Positions 1-8,971 of a stretch of DNA of 64,000 nucleotides are shown one piece after another (within the stretch, counting starts at the first letter, position 1; each line of letters starts with the position of its first letter). The position numbers and the translations under genes were made by a program. The notes under the pieces were generated by a model, which saw nothing but the letters and a program-made list of their open reading frames with translations, was not told the origin of the DNA and did not search any database. Source of the DNA: an uncultured Bacilli bacterium (GTDB lineage: Bacteria; Bacillota_I; Bacilli_A; RF39; UBA660); assembly GCA_947628235.1 (NCBI GenBank), contig CANQZC010000008.1, positions 2,273 through 66,272 of the forward strand, given 5' to 3'.

Positions 1-2
1 AT

Positions 3-566
3 CAACAAGAAGAGTCAAAGGCTGTCTCAGAAGAGTTAGTAAAAGAACTAAAAGAGATGATAGGATATGATGAGGATGAAGAATTTCCACTTCTTCATAT
101 GAATTTTATTGGTGTGAATGGGGTAATTGATGAACTAGACGATCATACAAAACTATCTATTTTGAATCAGGCAACGATGGATTCTAGAAAGTCTCTTCCT
201 CTAGATTATGATGAAATTTGTGTGGATATGGATGAATGTCCTGGAATTCCTATCACGGCGATTGAAGAGACGGCTAAAAAATATGGTATTACGAATCCAA
301 CAAAACTTTTTGATGATGATCAAGTCTATGTAAAGTCTGGTGATTACTACATTTGGTTAGGAAGTGGATATGGTATGTCTTTTTCTATGGAGTCTTCTAA
401 CTTCAAGGCAAGTTATCAAGGAGAAGACATTATCGTAGAAGAAGATATCATAACAACCCAATTAGATGAAACAGCAGAACAAAAGAAATACCATATAAGT
501 TATACCTTCAAGAAAGATACTGAGAAAAATTATTATTTATATTCTGTGACTAGTAAAGATGCATAA
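3..566 (+). CDS. Hypothetical protein, 5'-truncated by the window edge
   Basis: Frame of the 57..566 ORF is open back to position 3; acidic protein, no recognisable motif. Confidence 0.6.
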   Translation, partial: QQEESKAVSEELVKELKEMIGYDEDEEFPLLHMNFIGVNGVIDELDDHTKLSILNQATMDSRKSLPLDYDEICVDMDECPGIPITAIEETAKKYGITNPTKLFDDDQVYVKSGDYYIWLGSGYGMSFSMESSNFKASYQGEDIIVEEDIITTQLDETAEQKKYHISYTFKKDTEKNYYLYSVTSKDA

Positions 567-603
567 GCATCTTTTTTCTTTCATATATTGTAAGGGTGAT
601 GAA

Positions 604-1494
604 ATGGACAAGATAACAATAGGAATACCAAGAGCGTTACCATATTACTATTTAGGAAATTTTTGGAAATATTTTTGGAAGAAATGTGATATAGATGTTG
701 TTTATAGTCCGAATACGAATGAAGAAATTTTAACTTTAGGAAAGAATATTTCTCCCACCGAAATGTGTCTTAGTATGAAGATTTATCTTGGACATTTATC
801 TTATTTAGATGGCAAATGTGACTATCTATTAGTTCCAAGAATTGATCGATATGATGATCAAAATCAAACTTGTACGAATTTTTTAGCGCTTTATGATTTA
901 GCTGCTCACTATGTAGAAACACCTATTTTAAATTATAATATAGATTCCCATCAGGATTTATTAGATGGGGTATTAGAACTAGGAAGCCAATTATCAATTC
1001 CTAAAATGCAGGTTCTAAAAGCATATGAATACGCACTTAAAAAAGATGAGAAATGGAAGAAAATGCGGGCTTTAGAACAACAACGACAATTGCAAGAAGA
1101 AGGTAAAAAGGTACTTATCGTTTCTCATGCTTATAATATTCATGATACTTTTATTGGTGGTAATATTTTAAAATTGTTAAAGGAGAAAGAGATGAAAGTA
1201 TTCTTTAGTGATTATTTTGATAGTACGAAAACTGCTCTTCAAGCTAGGAAGTTATCTAAAAAATTATATTGGAAATATAGTAGGGAAAGCATAGGAGCAA
1301 TCCCTCTTTGTAAGAAAGTAGATGGCATTATTTTTGTATCTACTTTTCCTTGTGGATTAGATTCTTTAGTTCATGAATTAGTGATGAGAAAATTAGAAAA
1401 GCCATATTTAAATTTAGTGATAGATGATCTTTCCTCTGATACAGGAATAGAAACTAGAATAGAAAGTTTTGTGGACTTACTTGAACAAAGTTAG
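604..1494 (+). CDS. Acyl-CoA dehydratase activase-related protein (DUF2229-like)
   Basis: N-terminal IGIPRAL, E-x-CL-x-x-K, FPCG-x-DS and C-terminal G-x-x-TRIESF motifs; ATG at 604 has a GGTGA RBS. Confidence 0.75.
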   Translation: MDKITIGIPRALPYYYLGNFWKYFWKKCDIDVVYSPNTNEEILTLGKNISPTEMCLSMKIYLGHLSYLDGKCDYLLVPRIDRYDDQNQTCTNFLALYDLAAHYVETPILNYNIDSHQDLLDGVLELGSQLSIPKMQVLKAYEYALKKDEKWKKMRALEQQRQLQEEGKKVLIVSHAYNIHDTFIGGNILKLLKEKEMKVFFSDYFDSTKTALQARKLSKKLYWKYSRESIGAIPLCKKVDGIIFVSTFPCGLDSLVHELVMRKLEKPYLNLVIDDLSSDTGIETRIESFVDLLEQS

Positions 1495-2524
1495 TTATCC
1501 AAAATTAGGAAGTTATAGTGTGGCAATTCAATATTTTCTTACACATGTTTTAGAAAATGAAATTCTTCCTCCTAAAGAGATTACTGAACATACGAAAGAA
1601 TTAGGAAATCAATATAGTCCTGATTTTGTCTGTACCCCTTTTAAATATACCTTAGGAACGATGTTAGAAGGAATTGAGGAAGGGGCAACTATCTTCTTTC
1701 AAATGGGTGGTGGATGTCGATATGGATACTATCATGAACTACAGGAACAAATCTTAAAAGATCTAGGATATTCTTGTACGATTATTAATTTGATTAGTGG
1801 GGGCAATAGAATTTCTTATCAAGAACTAAAGTCTTATCCTTTAAAAATTCGTAAGAGAAAACTTCTTTCTAGTTTTTGGACGACGAAAAAGATGGTTCTT
1901 TATATGGATAAAATAGATGATTATATTAGAAAGAATCGGTGTTATGAAAAAGAAAAGGGTTCTTTTGATTATTTAAGAGAACAAATGCTTCAAGAGTTTT
2001 CAAAAACGAAAGGATTTTTAGAACTTAGAAGGACTTATCATAAATATCAAAAACAGTTTTTCAACCTCCCTAGAAAAGAGAAAAAGAAACGAATTCGTGT
2101 TGGACTCATTGGCGAACTTTATACATTAATGGAACCGAACGCTAATGAAAAGATAGAATCTTTTTTAAATGCGTATGGCTTTGAAGTAAAAAGATATACG
2201 AATGTTACTTATCTTCTTTTTCAAAAGAAACGAAAAGTAAAAAAGTATCTTCGAAAAAAATTAGTAAAATATCGAATGGGTGCTGATGCCTTAGATAATA
2301 TTTACCATGCCAAAGAACTTTGTGAACAGGGATATGATGGGATTATTCATATTAAATCTTCTTTTTGTACTCCGGAAATTGGAGCCATGCCGATTCTAGA
2401 AAAGATAGCAGGAAAGTATGGAGTTCCTATCCTTTTTCTCAGTATGGATTTAAATTCCTCTAATACGGGTTTTTTAACGAGAATGGAAGCGTTTTGTGAT
2501 ATGTTAGAAATGAGGTCACAATGA
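1469..2524 (+). CDS. 2-hydroxyacyl-CoA dehydratase component-like protein
   Basis: SPDFVCTPFK, GGCRYGYY, GLIGELY, FCTPE and TRMEAFCDML motifs; overlaps neighbours in an operon. Confidence 0.7.
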   Translation: MWTYLNKVSYPKLGSYSVAIQYFLTHVLENEILPPKEITEHTKELGNQYSPDFVCTPFKYTLGTMLEGIEEGATIFFQMGGGCRYGYYHELQEQILKDLGYSCTIINLISGGNRISYQELKSYPLKIRKRKLLSSFWTTKKMVLYMDKIDDYIRKNRCYEKEKGSFDYLREQMLQEFSKTKGFLELRRTYHKYQKQFFNLPRKEKKKRIRVGLIGELYTLMEPNANEKIESFLNAYGFEVKRYTNVTYLLFQKKRKVKKYLRKKLVKYRMGADALDNIYHAKELCEQGYDGIIHIKSSFCTPEIGAMPILEKIAGKYGVPILFLSMDLNSSNTGFLTRMEAFCDMLEMRSQ

Positions 2525-3450
2525 AAGAATGTTATTTAGGAGTAGATATTGGTTCTATTTCTACGAAAGCAGTTGTGATAAATAGAAAGTATGAAATTTT
2601 ATCTTCCTGTTATATCGAGACAAAAGGAAATCCTATTCAGGCTGTAGAAGAAGCTTTATCCTCTCTTACGATTCCTTCTGGATATGAACTTTGTGGGATA
2701 GGAACGACTGGTTCTGCTCGAAAATTAATTGGCCTTTTACTAGATGCCTCCATCATCAAAAATGAGATTACAGCGCATGCGATAGGGACATTAACTTTCC
2801 ATCCTGAAGTGAAGACGATTTTAGAAATAGGTGGACAGGATTCTAAAGTAATTCTCCTTCAAAATCATATGATTCGAGACTATGCGATGAATACTTTATG
2901 TGCGGCAGGAACGGGTTCTTTTTTATCTAGTCAAGCGAAACGATTAGGACTAGATGTTACTTCTTTTGGAGAAATTGCTCTAACTAGTACACATCCTACC
3001 ACGATTGCTGCTAGATGTACTGTTTTTGCGGAATCAGATTTAGTTCATAAGACCCAACTTGGTTATCCCAAAGAAGATATTGTTGCTGGTCTTTGTAAAG
3101 CCGTTGTGTTAAACTATTTAAATAATGTTTGTAAAGGAAAAAAACTAGAAGAACCGATTATCTTTCAGGGAGGAGTTTCGAAAAATAAAGGGGTAGTTCA
3201 TTTCTTTCAAGAAGTTTTAGGAAAAGAAATTTTAGTAGATCCAAATGGACATTTGATGGGAGCGTTAGGGATGGCCATTTTAGCGAGCCGTCTTCCGAAG
3301 GAGAAAACCTATTCCTTAGATTTTCAAAAACTTTCTTTTCGCACGGTGGGGAAGGAATGTCAAGGATGTTCGAATCGCTGTGAATTAGTCCATATTTATA
3401 AAGAAGAAAAATTACTAGATGTTTGGGGAAGTAAATGTGGAAAATTTTAA
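2521..3450 (+). CDS. 2-hydroxyacyl-CoA dehydratase activator (HgdC/BcrAD-type ASKHA ATPase)
   Basis: GVDIGSISTK, EITAH, IGGQDSK, CAAGTGSFL, CTVFAES, GGVS-x-N; C-terminal CxxCxxxC. Confidence 0.9.
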   Translation: MKECYLGVDIGSISTKAVVINRKYEILSSCYIETKGNPIQAVEEALSSLTIPSGYELCGIGTTGSARKLIGLLLDASIIKNEITAHAIGTLTFHPEVKTILEIGGQDSKVILLQNHMIRDYAMNTLCAAGTGSFLSSQAKRLGLDVTSFGEIALTSTHPTTIAARCTVFAESDLVHKTQLGYPKEDIVAGLCKAVVLNYLNNVCKGKKLEEPIIFQGGVSKNKGVVHFFQEVLGKEILVDPNGHLMGALGMAILASRLPKEKTYSLDFQKLSFRTVGKECQGCSNRCELVHIYKEEKLLDVWGSKCGKF

Positions 3451-3541
3451 AATAGAAATTCTCTTTTTTCGAAAATTAGAAAATAGGATACTAAAACCTT
3501 AAAAACAGTAAGAAATCTTTTGGAATTCCTAAAAATTCTAT

Positions 3542-3570
3542 TTGACAAAAAATTCATTATAGTGTATAAA
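3542..3570 (+). promoter_or_regulatory. Sigma-A promoter of topA
   Basis: TTGACA (3542-3547), 17-bp spacer, TATAAA (3565-3570). Confidence 0.6.
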
Positions 3571-3599
3571 TTATAGATAGACAAAAAAGGAAGTGGATT

Positions 3600-5627
3600 A
3601 TGCCTAAAAATTTAGTAATTGTCGAGTCTCCAAGCAAGACGAAACCAATTGAAAAATATTTAGGAGGAGGATATAAAGTTCTCTCTTCAAAAGGTCATGT
3701 AAGAGACTTATCAACCAAAGGAAAATATGGGTTTGGAGTCGATATTGATCATGACTTTAAACCAGATTATGTTCCTATGAAGGGAAAAACTTCAGTCATT
3801 AATGAATTAAAAAAAGAAGTGAAAAAGTCTGATCATGTCTTTCTTGCAACCGACCCAGACCGCGAAGGAGAAGCTATCTCATGGCATCTTTTTGATACCT
3901 TAGGATTAAAAGAAAATGATTATGATCGTGTTGTTTTTAATGAAATTACCAAAGATGCTGTTGTAAATGCGTTTCAACATACGAGAAAGATTGATAAAAA
4001 TTTAGTCAACAGTCAAGAGACGAGAAGAATTCTTGATCGTATGATAGGATTCCGTCTTAGCAAATTAATTCAATCTAAAACGGATGGTAGTAGTGCGGGA
4101 AGAGTTCAGTCTGTTGCCCTCAAATTGATTGTTGATAGAGAGCGGGAAATAGAGGCTTTCCAAGCCGAAGAATATTGGACGATTACCGGAATTTTTCCTA
4201 CTTTTGAAGCCGAGATGTTTCAATATAATCATAAAGATATAGAAGTAAAAACAGAAGCAGAAGCAAAAGAAATTTTAGAGAAACTTTCTAATTCTTTTCG
4301 TATTGAAAAAGTAGAGAAAAAAGTAAAACAAAAACAATCTAAACTTCCTTTTATTACGAGTACTCTTCAACAAGATGCTTCCAATAAATTAGGATTTAAT
4401 GCGAAGAAAACGATGCAGATAGCGCAACGACTATATGAGGGAGTAGAACTAGCGGATGAGACAGTTGGACTTATCTCTTATATGCGTACTGATTCTACTA
4501 GATTATCGCAAAGTTTTGTCGAAAGTGCTTATGCTTTTATCGAAGATAAATATGGAAAAGAATATGTTGGTAGTGTTAAAATTGTAAAGAAAAAAGAGAA
4601 TGTCCAAGATGCTCATGAAGCCATTCGACCAACAAGTATTAAAAGAACACCAGAGTCTGTGAAAGCTTATTTAACGGCCGATGAATTTAAATTATATCGT
4701 ATGATTTATTATCGTGCTTTAGCGTCTTTAATGAAGAGTGCGAAAACAGAAAATACGACAGTTATTTTAGATAATAATAATTATCAGTTTAAAGCGACTG
4801 GGCAAGTAATTGTCTTTGATGGATATTTAAAAGTATTCCAAGATTATGAAGATACCGAGGAGAAACCTTTACCACCTTTTGATACTTATCAATCTTCGAT
4901 TGTGGTTGCGCAGTCTATTGAAAAGAAACAACACTTTACTAATCCACCATCTCGTTATACCGAAGCAAAATTAATTAAAGAGATGGAAGAATTGGGAATT
5001 GGAAGACCAAGTACTTACGCTACTACGGTAGATATTTTAAAGAAAAGAAATTATGTTCAGTTAGTCGAAAAGAAATTTGTTCCAACCGAGATTGGAATCG
5101 AGATTACTGATAAGTTACAACAATGTTTTAGTCATTTAATCAATGTGGAATATACCGCTAATATGGAGACCGATTTGGATAAGATTGCCGAAGGAAATAT
5201 GAATTGGGTCAAAACCCTAAGAGATTTCTATTCAGAATTTGAACCAGCCGTTCAAAATGCTTTCCATGAGATGCCAAGGAAAGAGGCTGAAAAGACAGGG
5301 GAGGATTGTCCAGAATGTGGTAGTCCACTAGTTATTCGTAAAGGAAAGTATGGTGCATTTACTGCTTGTAGTAATTATCCTACTTGTAAATATATTAAGA
5401 CAGAAGAAAGAAAAGTTGTAGAAGTATGCGACTGTCCAAATTGTGGATCAAAGATTGTAGAAAAGAAAAGTAAAAAGGGAAAAGTTTTCTATGGTTGTAG
5501 CAATTATCCAAAATGTAAAACAGCCTATTGGGATAAACCAATCGGAGAAAAATGTCCAAATTGTGGGGAAATGTTAACAGAGAAAAAAGGAAAAGTAAAG
5601 TGTAGTTCTTGTGACTATGAAAGATAA
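3600..5627 (+). CDS. topA: DNA topoisomerase I
   Basis: TOPRIM LVIVESPSK, ATDPDREGE, SAGRVQS, catalytic SYMRTDS, GIGRPSTY; C-terminal Zn ribbons. Confidence 0.98.
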   Translation: MPKNLVIVESPSKTKPIEKYLGGGYKVLSSKGHVRDLSTKGKYGFGVDIDHDFKPDYVPMKGKTSVINELKKEVKKSDHVFLATDPDREGEAISWHLFDTLGLKENDYDRVVFNEITKDAVVNAFQHTRKIDKNLVNSQETRRILDRMIGFRLSKLIQSKTDGSSAGRVQSVALKLIVDREREIEAFQAEEYWTITGIFPTFEAEMFQYNHKDIEVKTEAEAKEILEKLSNSFRIEKVEKKVKQKQSKLPFITSTLQQDASNKLGFNAKKTMQIAQRLYEGVELADETVGLISYMRTDSTRLSQSFVESAYAFIEDKYGKEYVGSVKIVKKKENVQDAHEAIRPTSIKRTPESVKAYLTADEFKLYRMIYYRALASLMKSAKTENTTVILDNNNYQFKATGQVIVFDGYLKVFQDYEDTEEKPLPPFDTYQSSIVVAQSIEKKQHFTNPPSRYTEAKLIKEMEELGIGRPSTYATTVDILKKRNYVQLVEKKFVPTEIGIEITDKLQQCFSHLINVEYTANMETDLDKIAEGNMNWVKTLRDFYSEFEPAVQNAFHEMPRKEAEKTGEDCPECGSPLVIRKGKYGAFTACSNYPTCKYIKTEERKVVEVCDCPNCGSKIVEKKSKKGKVFYGCSNYPKCKTAYWDKPIGEKCPNCGEMLTEKKGKVKCSSCDYER

Positions 5628-5648
5628 ACATTCCCTTGACAAAAAAAG

Positions 5649-5680
5649 ACTCTATTCGGAAGAATAGAGTTGTTTTTTTT
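5649..5680 (+). terminator. Intrinsic terminator after topA
   Basis: ACTCTATTC-GGAA-GAATAGAGT hairpin followed by a T run. Confidence 0.8.
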
Positions 5681-5714
5681 GCTTGATTATGATACATTGT
5701 AGATGGTGATAAAG

Positions 5715-6086
5715 ATGGTAAAAAATAGAAATGAAAAGGGATTTACTTTAGTAGAGTTATTAGCGGTTATTGTTATTTTAGCGTTAATTGCTTTAATTAC
5801 GGTTCCAATTATCAATGGAACTATTAATAGTTCTAAAGAAAGATTAGAGAAAGAACAATATGAAAGAGTAGAACAAGCGGTAAAAACATATACAGCCAAA
5901 AATGTATCTGATGATTGTGCTTGTGTTTCTATCGATGATTTAAAACAAGATGGATATCTAGAAAATGTTGTGATTCGAAATCCAAAAACGGGAGATGCTA
6001 TCGATGGTATTTATACGATTATTTGGTCAGAAGAGACAAATCAGTATGAATATCATGGACCATCCTCTGCTTGTAGCTGTTCTTAA
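5715..6086 (+). CDS. Type IV prepilin / pseudopilin (N-methylation domain)
   Basis: KG|FTLVELLAVIVIL class III signal peptide; likely start ATG 5715 (ORF track 5703). Confidence 0.9.
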   Translation: MVKNRNEKGFTLVELLAVIVILALIALITVPIINGTINSSKERLEKEQYERVEQAVKTYTAKNVSDDCACVSIDDLKQDGYLENVVIRNPKTGDAIDGIYTIIWSEETNQYEYHGPSSACSCS

Positions 6087-6130
6087 GAGTGCGAAAGCAC
6101 TTTTTCTTTTTTTTCCAATCCTTAGAAATA

Positions 6131-6159
6131 TTGACATCCCTTTTAAAATCAACTATAAT
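6131..6159 (+). promoter_or_regulatory. Consensus sigma-A promoter of the aquaporin gene
   Basis: TTGACA-17 bp-TATAAT, exact consensus. Confidence 0.85.
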
Positions 6160-6184
6160 GAAATTGAAAGGAGTATGGAAAGAT

Positions 6185-7051
6185 ATGAAAAAATATCTTT
6201 GCGAGTTTTTAGGAACTTGTGTTTTGGTTTTATTTGGATGTGGAGTTGCCGTATTTTCAGGAGCTGACTTAGTAGCTACTTCCTTGGCATTTGGACTTTC
6301 TATTATCGGTATTGCTTATACGATTGGAAAAGTTTCTGGATGTCATGTAAATCCTGCTGTTACTTTTGCAATGTGGATTGATAAAAGAATTTCTACCAAA
6401 GACTTTATCGGTTACATTGTTGCGCAAGTAGCAGGAGCATTTGCTGGTAGTGGATTACTTGCTCTTATTATCAATTCAACCACAATCGCTGATTACAAAT
6501 TAACAGGATTAGGAGTAAATACTTATGCAGAATTATCTGCAAGTAATATTACAATGCTAGGAGCATTAGTAGTAGAAATTATTTTAACTTTTGTATTTGT
6601 TCTTGCCGTACTTGGTGTTACAAAAGATAAAAAGAGAGAAAATGTTGCTCCAATCGTAATTGGATTAGCGTTAGTTTTAGTACATCTTTTAGGAATTAAA
6701 TTAACAGGAACTTCTGTTAACCCAGCTCGTTCTTTAGCGCCAGCTGTACTTATGGGAGGAGATTACTTATCTCAAGCTTGGGTATTCATTGCTGGACCAT
6801 TAGTAGGAGCTGCCTTTGCGGCTTTAGCGATTTTCTTTATTGATTTAGAACCATCTAATGCCATTACTTTAGAAGAAGGAAAAGTAGAACCTAAAAGAGT
6901 AGAAATTAAATTAGAACCAAAAAGAGTAGAAGTAAAAGAAGAACCAAAAAAAGAACCAAAAGCCGTTTCTAAAAGCGAGAAGAAAGAACCAAAGAAAGCT
7001 GCTCCAAAAAAAGGTAGACCAGCTTCTAAGACAAAGACGAAAAAGAACTAA
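6185..7051 (+). CDS. Aquaporin (MIP family, AqpZ-like) with charged C-terminal tail
   Basis: SGCHVNPAVT and GTSVNPARS NPA boxes; start ATG 6185 lies downstream of the promoter and a GGAG RBS. Confidence 0.92.
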   Translation: MKKYLCEFLGTCVLVLFGCGVAVFSGADLVATSLAFGLSIIGIAYTIGKVSGCHVNPAVTFAMWIDKRISTKDFIGYIVAQVAGAFAGSGLLALIINSTTIADYKLTGLGVNTYAELSASNITMLGALVVEIILTFVFVLAVLGVTKDKKRENVAPIVIGLALVLVHLLGIKLTGTSVNPARSLAPAVLMGGDYLSQAWVFIAGPLVGAAFAALAIFFIDLEPSNAITLEEGKVEPKRVEIKLEPKRVEVKEEPKKEPKAVSKSEKKEPKKAAPKKGRPASKTKTKKN

Positions 7052-7114
7052 TTTAGTTCTTTTTTTTGGTACTCTTTTGATTTTGCCACATACGCTATTA
7101 GTAGCAGGTGAAAT

Positions 7115-7834
7115 ATGAAAATTTATATCTTGGTTTTCCTTTGTACTTTTTTTATGTTTTTAGCAACGACTTTAGGATCTGGCTTTATTTTCTTCTTAAA
7201 AAAGACGAGTACTACCTTAGAAAAATCATGTTTAGGGTTAGCGAGTGGAATTATGATTGCTGCCTCTATTTTTTCTTTATTACTTCCTTCTTTAGAAGAA
7301 AAGAATTGCCTTTTTATTGCTGCTAGTTTTTTACTAGGAGGATTTCTTCTTTGGGCATTAGATTTTTTCTTTTCCTTTCAAAAGAAGAAAAAGTCACTTT
7401 TCTTTTTGGCGGTAACCCTTCATAATATTCCAGAAGGAATGGCTGTTGGATTAGCTGTTTCTCTAGCGGTTCATTCCTCTCTTTCTTTCGCAAGTGCTTT
7501 TGCGCTTACTTTAGGAATTGCTGTTCAAAATATCCCGGAAGGAATGGCAGTATCTTTTGCCATGTTAGAACAAAAAAAGAATAAAGTTATTGCCTTTTTT
7601 TATGGAGTTATATCGGGAATTGTAGAACCGATAGCGGGAATTTTCATGGCACTTTTAGTCCATAAACTCTCTAGTTGGATGCCGTTTTTTTTAGCGCTCG
7701 CGGCCGGTACGATGTTCTATGTAGTAGTCGATGAATTAATCCCTAGTAGTAAAGAAGAAAATAAGAGTTCAGGCGTTGTTTCGTTTATGGTAGGATTTGT
7801 TATTATGATGTATCTAGATGTGATTTTAGGATAG
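7115..7834 (+). CDS. ZIP family metal transporter (ZupT/GufA-like)
   Basis: LHNIPEGMAVG and QNIPEG motifs, multiple TM segments. Confidence 0.92.
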   Translation: MKIYILVFLCTFFMFLATTLGSGFIFFLKKTSTTLEKSCLGLASGIMIAASIFSLLLPSLEEKNCLFIAASFLLGGFLLWALDFFFSFQKKKKSLFFLAVTLHNIPEGMAVGLAVSLAVHSSLSFASAFALTLGIAVQNIPEGMAVSFAMLEQKKNKVIAFFYGVISGIVEPIAGIFMALLVHKLSSWMPFFLALAAGTMFYVVVDELIPSSKEENKSSGVVSFMVGFVIMMYLDVILG

Positions 7835-7916
7835 TTGAAAATGTCAACTATTCTCTTTTTTCTAGGAAAATAGAAAAGAAAAAGAAAAAGTATGTTACAA
7901 TAAAAGAGGTGATAGA

Positions 7917-8873
7917 ATGAAAAGCAAAGTGATTCCTATAAATCCTTATCTTCTTTTAATTCTTTTTCTTTGGATTACCTATGAAGTAAAGTTTCAAGGT
8001 ATTCTTTCTATTGATTCTTTTTGTATCAACAATATCGTTTTATCGGGAAGGAGTGGATGGCTTACTAACATTTTTACCTTCCTTACCTTTTTTGCTGGAA
8101 TTTTAGGAACGATTCTTCTTGGAACTGCTATTTTTTGTTTCTTGAAGAAAAAAGAAAGATGGTATTTTTTAGGAAGTTTAATGGGAGCTGTTTTGGTAGG
8201 ACAAGGATTAAAATTTTTTATTCAACGACCTAGACCACCAGTAATATATCGATTAGTGGAAGAAAGTGGCTTTAGTTTTCCTTCCGGCCATTCGATGATA
8301 GGAACCGTTTTATATGGCTATTTGGTAGCGCTTTTATGGCGTAGTCAATGTTCTAAGAAAACGAAATGGCTAGGAACTATTTTTCTTTCTATGTTTATCT
8401 TTTCGATAGGATTTAGCCGTATCTATTTAGGAGTTCATTATGCGAGTGATGTCCTTGCGGGATTTTTATTAGGTACTCTTTACTTATGGATATTCTTTTC
8501 TTGGAAAGAGGGAAATCAAATGAAGAAAAAATCTTTGTTAAAAAGTTTTTATCATGCAGGAGAGGGAATCATCAGTGCTTTTTTCTCTGAACGAAATATG
8601 AAAATTCATGTTTGGATGATGATTTTAGTAATCTTTTCTGGATTCTATTTTCAAATTTCTAATATGGAATGGCTTATTTGTCTTCTCCTTTTCGGTGTTG
8701 TTATCTCGGCAGAAATTATGAATACTGCTGTTGAAACAGTCGTGGATTTAGTTTCTCCAGAAAAAAATCCAAAAGCGAAATTAGCGAAAGATCTATCGGC
8801 TGGGGCAGTTCTTGTGGTAGCGTTAGTAGCAGCTATCATCGGCTTTTTGATCTTTTTTCCTAAAATGATATAG
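7917..8873 (+). CDS. PAP2 phosphatase fused to DgkA/UdpK-type lipid kinase
   Basis: PAP2 motifs K-x6-RP, SFPSGH, SRIYLGVHYASD; C-terminal EIMNTAVETVVD...AKDLSAGAVL DgkA motif. Confidence 0.85.
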   Translation: MKSKVIPINPYLLLILFLWITYEVKFQGILSIDSFCINNIVLSGRSGWLTNIFTFLTFFAGILGTILLGTAIFCFLKKKERWYFLGSLMGAVLVGQGLKFFIQRPRPPVIYRLVEESGFSFPSGHSMIGTVLYGYLVALLWRSQCSKKTKWLGTIFLSMFIFSIGFSRIYLGVHYASDVLAGFLLGTLYLWIFFSWKEGNQMKKKSLLKSFYHAGEGIISAFFSERNMKIHVWMMILVIFSGFYFQISNMEWLICLLLFGVVISAEIMNTAVETVVDLVSPEKNPKAKLAKDLSAGAVLVVALVAAIIGFLIFFPKMI

Positions 8874-8971
8874 AAAGATTCTTTGGAATCTTTTTCTTTT
8901 CTCCTTCGCATTTTGGTTGTATAAAAAGGCATAGTTATGGTATAATGAAAAAAGTAAAGATAGAATAAAAA

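Noticed and set aside
5395-6267. Short alternative-frame ORFs (5395-5697, 5687-5899, 5995-6267) and similar ones across the window
   Set aside because: They overlap well-supported genes, lack RBS or motifs, and are typical shadow ORFs.
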